A program made the translations under genes and the position numbers. Shown piece by piece: positions 43,605 to 53,222 of a stretch of 64,000 nucleotides of DNA. The notes beneath the pieces were generated by a model that was given only the letters and a program-made list of their open reading frames with translations, did not search any database and was not told the DNA's origin. Numbering within the stretch: position 1 is the stretch's first letter; every line of letters starts with the position of its first letter. Source of the DNA: Alphaproteobacteria bacterium (GTDB taxonomy: Bacteria > Pseudomonadota > Alphaproteobacteria > SP197); assembly GCA_964291265.2 (NCBI GenBank), contig OZ219747.1:3456001-3520000 (forward strand). Reading direction: 5' to 3'.

Positions 43605-43679
43605 GTTGCGGACAATGTGGCGGTCCTTCGATGTTGACTGCCACCTGGTGTCGAGGCCTGACCGAGATGGAGGAAGCAC

Positions 43680-43769
43680 ATGGCAAAGATACTTGAATCA
43701 CTCTCGTCCACAATCATCGCCGGATGTGTGCTGACGGTCGTCGTCGCCATCATCCTGGTCGCGATCTGA
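43680..43769 (+). CDS. 29-aa single-TM small protein
   Basis: RBS GGAGGA; MAKILESLSSTIIAGCVLTVVVAIILVAI*; 25 bp upstream of the next gene. Confidence 0.6.
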   Translation: MAKILESLSSTIIAGCVLTVVVAIILVAI

Positions 43770-43794
43770 TTGCGTCGCGAGGGAGGATCATCTC

Positions 43795-44301
43795 ATGGAA
43801 GGACTCGATTTTCTTTCGTTCCTGTTCCGCTGGCTCCACGTGCTTTCCGGCGTGATGTGGATTGGCCTGCTCTGGTACTTCAATTTCGTGCAGATCCCCA
43901 GCATGCCGAAGATCCCTGATGACCAGAAACCGGCGGTCGGCAAGGTCATTGCTCCGACAGCACTGTTCTGGTTCCGTTGGGGCGCCATGGCAACGATCGT
44001 GACAGGTCTCATCCTGGCGATGCTGAACGGCTACTTCATCGAGGCGATCGCCATTGGCTTCACGGACGACGGCGCCAGCACCGCAATCGGCATCGGCATG
44101 TGGCTGGGCGCCATCATGTGGTTCAACGTCTGGTTCGTCATCTGGCCGAATCAGAAGCGAGCGCTGGGCCTTGTCGATGCGGACGCCGATGCCAAGAAAG
44201 CCTCGGCACGTACCGCCATGCTGTTTTCGCGCACCAACACCATGCTGTCGCTCCCCATGCTGTTCTGCATGGTATCGGCACAGAACCCCTGGTATTTCTG
44301 A
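43795..44301 (+). CDS. Urate hydroxylase PuuD N-terminal-like membrane protein (short form)
   Basis: RWLHVLSGVMWIGLLWYFNF, FRWGA and SRTNTMLSLPMLF. Confidence 0.75.
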   Translation: MEGLDFLSFLFRWLHVLSGVMWIGLLWYFNFVQIPSMPKIPDDQKPAVGKVIAPTALFWFRWGAMATIVTGLILAMLNGYFIEAIAIGFTDDGASTAIGIGMWLGAIMWFNVWFVIWPNQKRALGLVDADADAKKASARTAMLFSRTNTMLSLPMLFCMVSAQNPWYF

Positions 44302-44314
44302 CGAGCCTTCAAGG

Positions 44315-44342
44315 GAGGGGAAGCGCCCTGACGTTTCCCCTC
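44315..44342. terminator. Stem-loop between convergent genes
   Basis: GAGGGGAAGCG / CGTTTCCCCTC. Confidence 0.6.
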
Positions 44343-44353
44343 GTGGCCGTCTC

Positions 44354-44722
44354 TCAGACGGCCACGAGGGCGGCTGCGATGAGGCGTTCCTCGGCCATCA
44401 GAATGTTGTAGGTGCGGCAGGCCGCACCTGTCGTCATGGCATCCACGACAATACCGTGCGGGCGCAGGAATTCACGCACGTCCCGTGGCGGTACGCCGGA
44501 TGCGTCCCCGCAGCCAAGCAGAAGAAGCTCGACACGTTGGGATCGCGCCACGACCTCCGCCAGGGACATCGGCGTCACGTCCGGCATGGCGACCACCGGC
44601 CAAGCCATCACCGCATCGGGAAAGACGAGAAGGGAGCCCTCGCGGCGCCGGTCGCCGATACGGAACCCACCGTTGCCGTAGCCGGTGATGACATGGCGAG
44701 TCGCCGCGGACACTCCTGTCAT
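44354..44722 (-). CDS. Mth938-like (DUF498) protein
   Basis: ITGYGNGGF, LLLGCG and MTTGAACRTYNIL; typical position after secF. Confidence 0.9.
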   Translation of the reverse strand: MTGVSAATRHVITGYGNGGFRIGDRRREGSLLVFPDAVMAWPVVAMPDVTPMSLAEVVARSQRVELLLLGCGDASGVPPRDVREFLRPHGIVVDAMTTGAACRTYNILMAEERLIAAALVAV

Positions 44723-44744
44723 CACTGCACCGAACGCCGCGACA

Positions 44745-45680
44745 TCAGGGAGTGCTCGTGGATCCTTCCCCATCCTCGCTCACGCGAACCGGCCTGAGAT
44801 ACAGCAGGACCGGGGCGGCGACAAACAGGGACGAGTAGGTGCCGATGAGAACCCCCCAGATCATGGCCAGCACAAAGGGAGCGATCACCGCACCGCCGAA
44901 CAGCCACAGGGCGGCGAGGGCCAGCATCGTGGTGACGCTGGTCATGACCGTGCGTGACAGCGTGTCGTTGAGCGAGCGGTCGATGACACCGCGCACCGGT
45001 TCCTGCTTGTACTTGCGGAGATTCTCGCGGATGCGGTCATAGACGACGACCGTGTCGTTCATCGAATAGCCAACGATGGTCAGGAGCGCGGCAACGACCG
45101 GCAGATCGAACTCGATGCGGGTCAGGCTGAACACTCCGATGGTAAGACCGACGTCATGAGCGAGCGCCAGCACGGCGCCGACGCCGAACTGCCACTCGAA
45201 CCGGAACCAGATGTAGATCATCATGAGGGCAAGGGCGACCACGACGGCCTGCGCTCCCTTCTCGATGAGTTCTCCGGAGACCTGCGGACCCACGAACTCG
45301 ACGCGCCGGTACTCGATGTCCGGATACATGTCGTTGAGTGTCGTCTGGATCCGGTCGATGGCTGCCTGCTGAACGGATTCATCGCCAACCAGCAACGGCA
45401 GGCGGATCAGCACGTCGCTGGCTGAACCGAATTCCTGCAGTGCGACACTGCCGATGTCGAGTGCGTTGAGTTCGCTTCTCACGAGAGCAAGATCGGCGAC
45501 CTGCGGCGTGCGAATCTCGATCAGGGTGCCGCCCCTGAAATCAATGCCGAAGTTCAGCCCGGAAAGAACCAGCAGGGCGATCGAGGCGACGAAGAGAATC
45601 ACGGACAGGGTCACCGCGACGCGGTGATAGTCCATGAACGGCAGATGCAGACCGGCCGGGACAAGACGAAGCCGTTTCAT
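44745..45680 (-). CDS. secF: Protein translocase subunit SecF
   Basis: GIDFRGG, VGPQVSGEL and GYSMNDTVVVYDRIRE. Confidence 0.97.
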   Translation of the reverse strand: MKRLRLVPAGLHLPFMDYHRVAVTLSVILFVASIALLVLSGLNFGIDFRGGTLIEIRTPQVADLALVRSELNALDIGSVALQEFGSASDVLIRLPLLVGDESVQQAAIDRIQTTLNDMYPDIEYRRVEFVGPQVSGELIEKGAQAVVVALALMMIYIWFRFEWQFGVGAVLALAHDVGLTIGVFSLTRIEFDLPVVAALLTIVGYSMNDTVVVYDRIRENLRKYKQEPVRGVIDRSLNDTLSRTVMTSVTTMLALAALWLFGGAVIAPFVLAMIWGVLIGTYSSLFVAAPVLLYLRPVRVSEDGEGSTSTP

Positions 45681-45683
45681 CGG

Positions 45684-47246
45684 TCAGATTCCCAGGGCCT
45701 TGGGCCTCAACCGGGCCAGCCAGAGGTGAGTGAGAAGGCGGGTCAGCAACATGGCCGTGAACATCGACGTCAGAATGCCGATGGCGAGCGTCGCGCCAAA
45801 CCCCCTGACCGGCCCGGAGCCAAGGAAGAACAGCAGGAATGCCGCCACCGCGGTGGTGATGTTGGCATCGAGAATGGTCGTCATGGCTCTCCTGAAACCC
45901 GTCTCGACGGCGTTGAGAATGGTGCGTCCGTGGCGCAGTTCCTCGCGGATGCGCTCGAAGATCAGCACGTTCGCATCAACCGCCATGCCAACCGTGAGAA
46001 CAATGCCGGCGATTCCGGGGAGGGTAAGTGTCGCCTGCAACAGCGACAACAGACCCATGAGGAGAATGAGATTGGTGATGAGTGCGACGTTGGCGAAGGC
46101 CCCCAGGGTTCCGTAACAGGCGATCATGAAGACGATGACGGCAGCGAAGCTGACCGCCGCCGCTGCCTTGCCGGCTTCGATTGAATCCGCGCCCAGGGTA
46201 GGACCAACGGTGCGCTCCTCAACGACGGTGAGAGGAACGGGCAGTGCGCCGGCCCGCAGCAACAACGCCAGCTCCTGCGTCTCCAACACCGTGAAGGAAC
46301 CCGTGATGATGCCGCTTCCCTGGCAGATCGGCCCATTGATGCGCGGAGCACTGATCACGACCCCGTCAAGAACGATGGCGAGCAGACGCCCGACACTCTC
46401 CGTCGTCACGTCGCAGAACCGTGCGGCGCCCACACCGTCGAAGCTGAAGGCAACAACCGGTCGACCTTGATCGAAACTCGCCGCGGCACTCTCCAGACTT
46501 TCGCCGGTCACAAGAATCTCCGCCCGCAGGACGTGGTTCTGTCCGGGCTGTTCACGCCCGGGCATGAGCACCGAGCCGACCGGGAGCTGCCCGGCTTCGG
46601 CGGCGGCCACGGAAGTATCCTGATCGACGAGATGGAATGTCAGCTTGGCGGTCTGGCCGAGACGCGAGCGCAATATGCGCGTGTCGTCGACCCCCGGCAC
46701 CTGGACGAGAATGCGATCCCGTCCCTGGCGGGTGATCACGGGCTCCAGAACGCCATCGGGATCGATACGCCCGCGCAGCACCTCCAGGGTGCGCTCTATG
46801 GCGTCGCCGAGCCCTGCCTCCAGTCCTTCCTCGGTGAACGCCGCAACAATCGCACCGGTCTCATCGACGGTGATCGTGAAATCCTCGGCCAGACCCTCGA
46901 GTTCCCGGGCAGCCGCAGCCGCATCGTCGGCGTTGCGCAAGGCAAACTGCCGATGATCGTCATCACCGCCGGTGACCCTGACACCGATGCGTTCACCACG
47001 CAGGGTGCGCCGCACGTTGCCCTCGAGCCATGCGAGGCGCCCTTCCCGCCAGGCGGCCTCGTCAATCTGCAGCAGGAGATGCGCTCCGCCGGAAAGATCG
47101 AGCCCGAGACTCACCTGCTTGTGCGGCAGCCACGTTGGCAGGTCGCGCGCCAGGTCACGCGAGAGCAGGTTCGGTGCGGCGAAGACCAGACCCAGAACAC
47201 TGACAAGCACAACGATCCAGATCTTCCAGGTCGGAAAGTAACGCAT
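45684..47246 (-). CDS. secD: Protein translocase subunit SecD
   Basis: LGLDLSGG, VGPTLG and GMAVDANVLIFERIREE. Confidence 0.97.
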   Translation of the reverse strand: MRYFPTWKIWIVVLVSVLGLVFAAPNLLSRDLARDLPTWLPHKQVSLGLDLSGGAHLLLQIDEAAWREGRLAWLEGNVRRTLRGERIGVRVTGGDDDHRQFALRNADDAAAAARELEGLAEDFTITVDETGAIVAAFTEEGLEAGLGDAIERTLEVLRGRIDPDGVLEPVITRQGRDRILVQVPGVDDTRILRSRLGQTAKLTFHLVDQDTSVAAAEAGQLPVGSVLMPGREQPGQNHVLRAEILVTGESLESAAASFDQGRPVVAFSFDGVGAARFCDVTTESVGRLLAIVLDGVVISAPRINGPICQGSGIITGSFTVLETQELALLLRAGALPVPLTVVEERTVGPTLGADSIEAGKAAAAVSFAAVIVFMIACYGTLGAFANVALITNLILLMGLLSLLQATLTLPGIAGIVLTVGMAVDANVLIFERIREELRHGRTILNAVETGFRRAMTTILDANITTAVAAFLLFFLGSGPVRGFGATLAIGILTSMFTAMLLTRLLTHLWLARLRPKALGI

Positions 47247-47257
47247 GGCCGACTATG

Positions 47258-47626
47258 TCAACCGCCACCGTCGCCGCCTGAACTCCCCTCGTCCGCTCTC
47301 GCGGCCTGGCGCGGTTCCGGCTTCGCCATGACGTCGGCGATCATGGAGTGCCGGCACTTCACCCTGACGTCCTTGGCGATCTCCAGGATGAGGACTCCGT
47401 CTCCCTCGATACGCGCCACGTTTCCGATGATGCCACCGTTCGTGACCACCTGATCACCCCGCTTGATCGAACCAAGCATGGCTTGGTGCTGCTTGGCCTT
47501 CCTTGACTGCGGCCGGAACACGAAAAACCAGAAGACGCCGAACATGGCGACCATGAGAATGAGAAAGAAGGGATCGAACCCGGCGGCACCTGCTTCGCCC
47601 TGTGCATAGGCGTGTGTGATCGGCAT
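47258..47626 (-). CDS. yajC: Preprotein translocase subunit YajC
   Basis: One TM, FRPQ and GDQVVTNGGIIG. Confidence 0.94.
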   Translation of the reverse strand: MPITHAYAQGEAGAAGFDPFFLILMVAMFGVFWFFVFRPQSRKAKQHQAMLGSIKRGDQVVTNGGIIGNVARIEGDGVLILEIAKDVRVKCRHSMIADVMAKPEPRQAARADEGSSGGDGGG

Positions 47627-47738
47627 GTCGACATCCTGCGCGAAAGGTGGCGGACTATAGCCGGGGGATGACCGATTGCAAACCACGGGGTACTGTGAAG
47701 CACGATGATGCTGCCCGATTGACCGCCCTGCCCTCTCC

Positions 47739-48611
47739 ATGACGAATCCCGCACTCGCCCGAATCGCCCAGGCGCTAGAACGCATGGCCGGCAACACCAC
47801 ATCGCCGCCCGGCGACAACACCGCTCCGGAGATTCCACGGAGCGGTCAGGCGTTTGTCTGGCACGCGGGGCATGACACCATCAAGGCTGTTGAACGCGTC
47901 CAGTATGTGCCGCTGCATCTTCTGCGCGGCATAGACCGGGCAAGGGACTCCCTGCTCGACAACACCCGCCAGTTTGCCAGAGGCTATCCCGCCAACAATG
48001 CTCTGCTTTGGGGTGCCCGCGGCATGGGAAAGTCGACACTCATCAAGGCCGTTCATGCCGCGGTCCATGCCGAACAGCCGGGTTCCCTGGCGCTGATCGA
48101 GATCCACCGGGAAGACATCACCCATCTCTACCGTCTGCTCTCGCGCATGCGGCAGGCGGAACGGCGCGCCATCCTGATGTGCGACGATCTCTCCTTCGAC
48201 GCCCATGACAGCACGCTCAAGTCGCTCAAGGCCGTACTCGAGGGCGGTCTCGAGGGACGCCCCGACAACGTGCTCTTCTATGCGACGTCCAACCGGCGCC
48301 ACCTGACGCCCCGCGACATCATGGAAAACGAGCGCTCGACCGCTGTCCATCCGGCCGAGGCTGTCGAGGAAAAGGTGTCGCTTTCCGACCGGTTCGGGCT
48401 GTGGCTCGGCTTTCACGGGTGTGACCAGCCGACCTACCTTGCCATGGTCAGGGGCTATGCGGAGCATTTCGGCCTCGACGTGGACGACGATGCGCTCCAT
48501 GCCCGTGCCATCGAGTGGCAGATGACACGTGGTGCGCGGTCGGGCCGTGTCGCCTGGCAGTTCATCCAGGACCTCGCAGGCCGCCTGGAAAGGACACTCG
48601 AGGCCTGCTGA
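47739..48611 (+). CDS. AAA+ ATPase, DUF815 family
   Basis: WGARGMGKS, CDDLSF, YATSNRRHL and EKVSLSDRFGL. Confidence 0.9.
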   Translation: MTNPALARIAQALERMAGNTTSPPGDNTAPEIPRSGQAFVWHAGHDTIKAVERVQYVPLHLLRGIDRARDSLLDNTRQFARGYPANNALLWGARGMGKSTLIKAVHAAVHAEQPGSLALIEIHREDITHLYRLLSRMRQAERRAILMCDDLSFDAHDSTLKSLKAVLEGGLEGRPDNVLFYATSNRRHLTPRDIMENERSTAVHPAEAVEEKVSLSDRFGLWLGFHGCDQPTYLAMVRGYAEHFGLDVDDDALHARAIEWQMTRGARSGRVAWQFIQDLAGRLERTLEAC

Positions 48612-48616
48612 AGGGA

Positions 48617-49609
48617 TCAGCCCTCGACGAGGTGTTCCACCGGATTGACCGCCGTGGTTCCCTGGCGAAGTTCGAAGTGGGACTGCGGCTGGGAAATGCC
48701 GCCACTGGCACCGACACTGGCGATGACATCGCCGCGCAGGACCATCTGGCCCCTGGCGACGAGATTGCGCGCGTTGTGGGCGTAGGCCGTGACCCAGCCA
48801 TCCGTATGGCGCAACAGCACGAGGTTGCCGTAACCCCGGATCTCGTTGCCGACGTAGGAGACGACGCCGTCCTCCGCGGCGCGCACCGGAGTTCCGGCCG
48901 GTGCAGCGATGTTGATGCCGTCGTTGTGCAGACCGCCGGCCTTCGGGCCGAAACCCGATACCACAGGTCCTGTGACCGGCCAGATGAACTGCAGGTCACC
49001 TCCGGGCGCCGGTTCCGGAATGGCTGTCGTCACCGGTTCGGGAATGGTTGCCGTCGCCGGTTCGGGAGTGACCGTCGGCGGAGGCTCGGGAGCGGGCACG
49101 TCAGCGGCGGCCACCCGATGCGAGGTGGCGACTGCCTGCGGCACCGTCAGTTGCTGGCCTTCCACGAGCAGATAGGGTTTGACCAGACCGTTGATCTCGG
49201 CGAGTTCGCGTGAATGCACGCCGAGGTGGCGAGAAATGCCGAACAACGTGTCACCGCGTCGTACGTTGTAGATGGTCACCGGACCCGTATCCGAAGGCAC
49301 GGTCTCCAGGATCATCGACTCGCGGGGCGGCGCATCGACCCCGTCGGCACTGAGAATGCGTTCAATGCGCGCCAACAGATCCCCGGTTGCCTGTTCTTCC
49401 GGCTCCGCCACGGGCTGCGGCGGCGCGCCGGGCACCGCCGGTGGCACGGGCTTCACGCCAGGCAAGGGCGGCAGGGCTGCCAGTCGACCGGCGGGGGGAG
49501 TTCCCGGCAACGGCGGCATGGCCTGTTCAATGTAGCGGACCGGCGCCGGCATCTGAGCGCAGGACGCCACCATGGCGGCGACACAAAGGAGCGCCAGGAA
49601 CGCCGCCAC
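48617..49609 (-). CDS. LysM / M23 peptidase lipoprotein (NlpD-like)
   Basis: Lipobox VASC, LysM YNVRRGDTL, M23 WPV...DGINI...YAH...HFE; Pro-rich 8-aa repeats; start approximate. Confidence 0.88.
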   Translation of the reverse strand: MAAFLALLCVAAMVASCAQMPAPVRYIEQAMPPLPGTPPAGRLAALPPLPGVKPVPPAVPGAPPQPVAEPEEQATGDLLARIERILSADGVDAPPRESMILETVPSDTGPVTIYNVRRGDTLFGISRHLGVHSRELAEINGLVKPYLLVEGQQLTVPQAVATSHRVAAADVPAPEPPPTVTPEPATATIPEPVTTAIPEPAPGGDLQFIWPVTGPVVSGFGPKAGGLHNDGINIAAPAGTPVRAAEDGVVSYVGNEIRGYGNLVLLRHTDGWVTAYAHNARNLVARGQMVLRGDVIASVGASGGISQPQSHFELRQGTTAVNPVEHLVEG

Positions 49610-49616
49610 CGGCCCG

Positions 49617-50237
49617 TCACTCCTCGACGAGAGGAACAAACCTGACATCGAGAAAGGGATGACTCTCATGGCCCGAATCGAGGCGTCGCACGTGGTAGAG
49701 TTTCTGGTCGAACACCGTTCCACCAACCGGCACGACCATGACACCACCAGGGACGAGCTGGTCGACCAGAGGCTGCGGCAAGGTGACTGCCGCGGCCGTC
49801 ACCATGACCCTGTCGAAGGGGGCCTCTTCCGGCCAGCCGCGTGAACCGTTTCCCAACCGGCATGTGATGTTGTCGAGGTCGAGTTCGGCAAACCGGGCCA
49901 TCGCCTGGCCCAAGAGCGAGTCGTGGCGCTCAATTGTCCATACATATCCTGCCAGCTGTGCCAGAATCGCCGTCTGATAGCCACTTCCGGTGCCGATTTC
50001 GAGAACCCGCATACCCCGATCGAGATCCAGTCTCTCGGACATCAGGGCCACAACGAGAGGCTGGCTGATCGTCTGCCGGCAGTCGATCGGCAGTGCCACG
50101 TTCTCCCAGGCGTGGGAGATGATGTCATGAGGCACAAAGCGATCCCGGGGCACGCTTGCCATGGCTTCCAGGACCTTGGCTGAACGCACGCCCAGTGTCA
50201 CGAGGTCCTGTATGAGTTCCGGACACGAGGCGGGCAT
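49617..50237 (-). CDS. pcm: Protein-L-isoaspartate O-methyltransferase
   Basis: QTISQP, VLEIGTGSGY, APFDRVMVTAA and FVPL. Confidence 0.95.
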   Translation of the reverse strand: MPASCPELIQDLVTLGVRSAKVLEAMASVPRDRFVPHDIISHAWENVALPIDCRQTISQPLVVALMSERLDLDRGMRVLEIGTGSGYQTAILAQLAGYVWTIERHDSLLGQAMARFAELDLDNITCRLGNGSRGWPEEAPFDRVMVTAAAVTLPQPLVDQLVPGGVMVVPVGGTVFDQKLYHVRRLDSGHESHPFLDVRFVPLVEE

Positions 50238-50247
50238 CGCCGTGCGG

Positions 50248-51543
50248 TCAGCCGTCGACCGGTACGGTCCCGCCCGGATGCAGGCGCTCCATGCCACCCA
50301 TGTAGGGACGCAGGACCTCGGGTATGGAAACACTTCCGTCCTCGTGCTGGAAGTTTTCCAGGATGGCGACCAATGCCCGGCCGACCGCGACACCTGATCC
50401 ATTGAGTGTGTGGACAAACCGTGTCCTGCGCGTGTCCCTGGCCCGGCAGCGAGCAGCCATCCGCCGCGCCTGGAAGTCGGCGCAGTTCGACAGACTCGAG
50501 ATTTCCCGCCACGTCTTCTGACCCGGCAGCCACACTTCGAGGTCCCATGTGAGGCGGGCTGAGAACCCGATGTCTCCGGCAGCGAGGAGGACGACACGAT
50601 AGGGCAATGCCAGACCCTGCAGGATGGATTCCGCACAGGACGCCATGCGGCGGTGCTCCTGTGCTGAGTCCTCGGGCGTGGTCACCGAGACCAGTTCCAC
50701 CTTCCAGAACTGATGCTGACGCAGCATGCCCCTGGTATCGCGCCCCGCCGCTCCCGCCTCTGAGCGGAAACACGGAGTGAGTGCGGTGTAGCGCAAGGGG
50801 AGCGCGTTCTCGTCCACGATCGTTTCGCGGACCAGGTTCGTGAGTGTCATTTCCGCGGTGGGAATGAGATACCGGTTGTCGGTGGTACGGAAGAGATCAT
50901 CGGCAAACTTGGGAAGGTTGCCGGTGCCGTAGGCGGTCTCGGGACGCACCAGCAGGGGCGCGGAGACCTCGACATAGCCGAACTCCTGAGTGTGCACATC
51001 CATCATGAAGGAGGCCAGCGCCCGTTCAAGGCGGGCCAGAGCACCGGAAAGGACCACGAAACGCGCGCCGGTGAGACGCGCCGCGCTGTCAAAGTCCATA
51101 CCGCCCAGAATGGCGCCCAGATCCACGTGGTCCCTCGGTTCGAAGGCGAAGTCGGGAATGTTCCCCCAGCGGCGCATCTCGACATTGTCCGTCTCGTCGT
51201 CGCCTTCGGGGACGGTATCGTCAACGACATTGGGGATGGCCTCGAGCACGGCGCGGAGCTGTGCGGCATCCTCTCGTTCGACCGCCTCCAGGGTCGCGAT
51301 CTGCCGCTTGATGCTGCCGACTTCCGCGATCTCTGCCGCCGCATCCCGACCGCCACGCTTCGCCTCGCTGATCAGGCGTGTGAGTTCGTTGCGCCTCTGC
51401 TGCAGCTCCTGGACGGCAGTCCGGGAGCCTCGCACCTTGCGGTCCATGTCGAGTATCAGCGAGGCCCGAGGCAACAAGCCACGACGGGCGCTGGCGACGT
51501 CGAAGTCTTCGGGGTGGGCGCGAATCCACTGAAGATCATGCAT
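50248..51543 (-). CDS. serS: Serine--tRNA ligase
   Basis: LIPTAE, FRSEAG, RQHQF, REISS and HTLNGSG. Confidence 0.98.
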   Translation of the reverse strand: MHDLQWIRAHPEDFDVASARRGLLPRASLILDMDRKVRGSRTAVQELQQRRNELTRLISEAKRGGRDAAAEIAEVGSIKRQIATLEAVEREDAAQLRAVLEAIPNVVDDTVPEGDDETDNVEMRRWGNIPDFAFEPRDHVDLGAILGGMDFDSAARLTGARFVVLSGALARLERALASFMMDVHTQEFGYVEVSAPLLVRPETAYGTGNLPKFADDLFRTTDNRYLIPTAEMTLTNLVRETIVDENALPLRYTALTPCFRSEAGAAGRDTRGMLRQHQFWKVELVSVTTPEDSAQEHRRMASCAESILQGLALPYRVVLLAAGDIGFSARLTWDLEVWLPGQKTWREISSLSNCADFQARRMAARCRARDTRRTRFVHTLNGSGVAVGRALVAILENFQHEDGSVSIPEVLRPYMGGMERLHPGGTVPVDG

Positions 51544-51575
51544 GCCGGTCTACCTTGCCATGCGTGCCGGGACGC

Positions 51576-52580
51576 TCAGCGTGCCGGGTTGAAATCCGTT
51601 TCCTCGTAAGCCTGGGGGTCGTCCACCTCTTCAATCTCTTCCTCTTCGTCGTCGTCCTCAAGCTTCGCCTTGCGCCGCTCGGTGAGGCGTGCGCACCAGA
51701 TCGATACTTCATAGAGCAGGATCAGGGGCAAGGCGAGGCCAAGCTGGCTGAAGGGATCGGGCGGCGTGATCACGGCCGCCAGCACGAAAACGGCGACGAT
51801 GGCGTACTTTCTCTTCTCCTTGAGCCCCTCGGCCGTCACCATACCGGTCCGCGCCGCCAGGGTCATCACCAAGGGCAACTGGAAACTGATGCCGAAAGCG
51901 AAGAGGAGCTTGAGGAGCAGCGAAAAATACTCGCTCACCCGCACTTCCATGACAATGGGCAGCTGCCCGAAGTCTCCGGTCTGCTGAAAGCCGAGAAAGA
52001 ACCTCAGGGCAACGGGAAAGAAGGCGTAGTAGACCATCGCCGCGCCGAGCGTGAAGAGCAGTGGAAACACCAGCATGAAGGGCAGGACCAGCTTCTTCTC
52101 CCGGCGATAGAGGCCGGGCGCCACGAACGCCCAGAGCTGCCAGGCCAGGAACGGCAGCGAGACGCACAGGGACACGAAGAATCCGACCTTCACATAGGTC
52201 AGGAAGGCTTCCTGGGGACTCGTGAAGATGAATCGCGGCGGGTACTCGGAATCGCTGCTGCGATCGATGGTCGCGCCCTCGGTGACGCCTGCCGGCTTTT
52301 GAGGTCGAGCGTCCTCGGCCGGTGACGGGGAGAACAGCAACCAGGCGTCATTCAGGGTACGCTCGATCCACGTCTCCTCGCCTTCCGCCGGCTCCTCCAC
52401 TGGCGACAGTCCATAGGCATCGTAGAGCGGCAGAGCGAGGAAGTTGTAGATCGCCGGCGCAAAGTAGAAGCAAGGCAGGAAGGCAAGCAGGACCACCGCC
52501 GCGCTGCGCACGAGGCGCCGACGCAATTCGACGAGATGCTCCAGCAACGGAAGCTTGGTGTTGTCGATGTCCTTGATCAA
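51576..52580 (-). CDS. tatC: Twin-arginine translocase TatC
   Basis: PLLEHLVELRRRL, FVAPGLY, FQLP and TPPD; probable TTG start. Confidence 0.95.
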   Translation of the reverse strand: MIKDIDNTKLPLLEHLVELRRRLVRSAAVVLLAFLPCFYFAPAIYNFLALPLYDAYGLSPVEEPAEGEETWIERTLNDAWLLFSPSPAEDARPQKPAGVTEGATIDRSSDSEYPPRFIFTSPQEAFLTYVKVGFFVSLCVSLPFLAWQLWAFVAPGLYRREKKLVLPFMLVFPLLFTLGAAMVYYAFFPVALRFFLGFQQTGDFGQLPIVMEVRVSEYFSLLLKLLFAFGISFQLPLVMTLAARTGMVTAEGLKEKRKYAIVAVFVLAAVITPPDPFSQLGLALPLILLYEVSIWCARLTERRKAKLEDDDEEEEIEEVDDPQAYEETDFNPAR

Positions 52581-52587
52581 GGGCGTT

Positions 52588-52962
52588 CTACGTGTCTCCG
52601 GAAGCCCTGGCGCGTTCCGGCGCCGCCTGGGCCGGTGCCTCAGGCTCATCCCCGGCTTTCATGTTTTCCTGCATCTCGCGGCCGGTGTCCTCGAGTTCCT
52701 TCTTGAGGGCGCCTGTGGGATCAATGACCGCGGTCACCGCCTTCTTCGCCTTCAGCGGCGTCTCGATGGCCTTCTTGACGTCATCGATCTCGGCGTCCCT
52801 GGCGTACTGGTCCAGCGCCTTCTGGAAATCCCGCGCCATGCGCCGCGCCTTGCCGGTCCATATGCCGACTGTCCGCAACACCCTGGGCAGATCCTTGGGG
52901 CCCACCACAACCAGCAACAGCGCCCCTACGACCGCCAGTTCGAACCATCCGAGATCGAACAT
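52588..52962 (-). CDS. tatB: Twin-arginine translocase TatB
   Basis: MFDLGWFEL...GPKDLP. Confidence 0.95.
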   Translation of the reverse strand: MFDLGWFELAVVGALLLVVVGPKDLPRVLRTVGIWTGKARRMARDFQKALDQYARDAEIDDVKKAIETPLKAKKAVTAVIDPTGALKKELEDTGREMQENMKAGDEPEAPAQAAPERARASGDT

Positions 52963-52985
52963 GTCCCGTTGTCTTCAGCAGGTGT

Positions 52986-53222
52986 CTAGGCGACGGTCTT
53001 GTCCTTCTCCTCGTCGGCGGACGCCGGTGTGGCGGTTCCCTCGATGGTGGACGGGGATTCAGCGGATTGCCGCGCCTGCGCCGCCTCGTCCTTCATGCCG
53101 GACCTGAACTCCTTGATCCCCTTGGCGAGATCACCGGCCAGCTTTGGAATCCGGCCGCGTCCGAAGAGGAGCAGAACGATGACCAGCACGATAAGCCAAT
53201 GCCATATGCTGAAGGTACCCAT
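52986..53222 (-). CDS. tatA: Twin-arginine translocase TatA
   Basis: [21 protein letters not shown]. Confidence 0.95.
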   Translation of the reverse strand: MGTFSIWHWLIVLVIVLLLFGRGRIPKLAGDLAKGIKEFRSGMKDEAAQARQSAESPSTIEGTATPASADEEKDKTVA

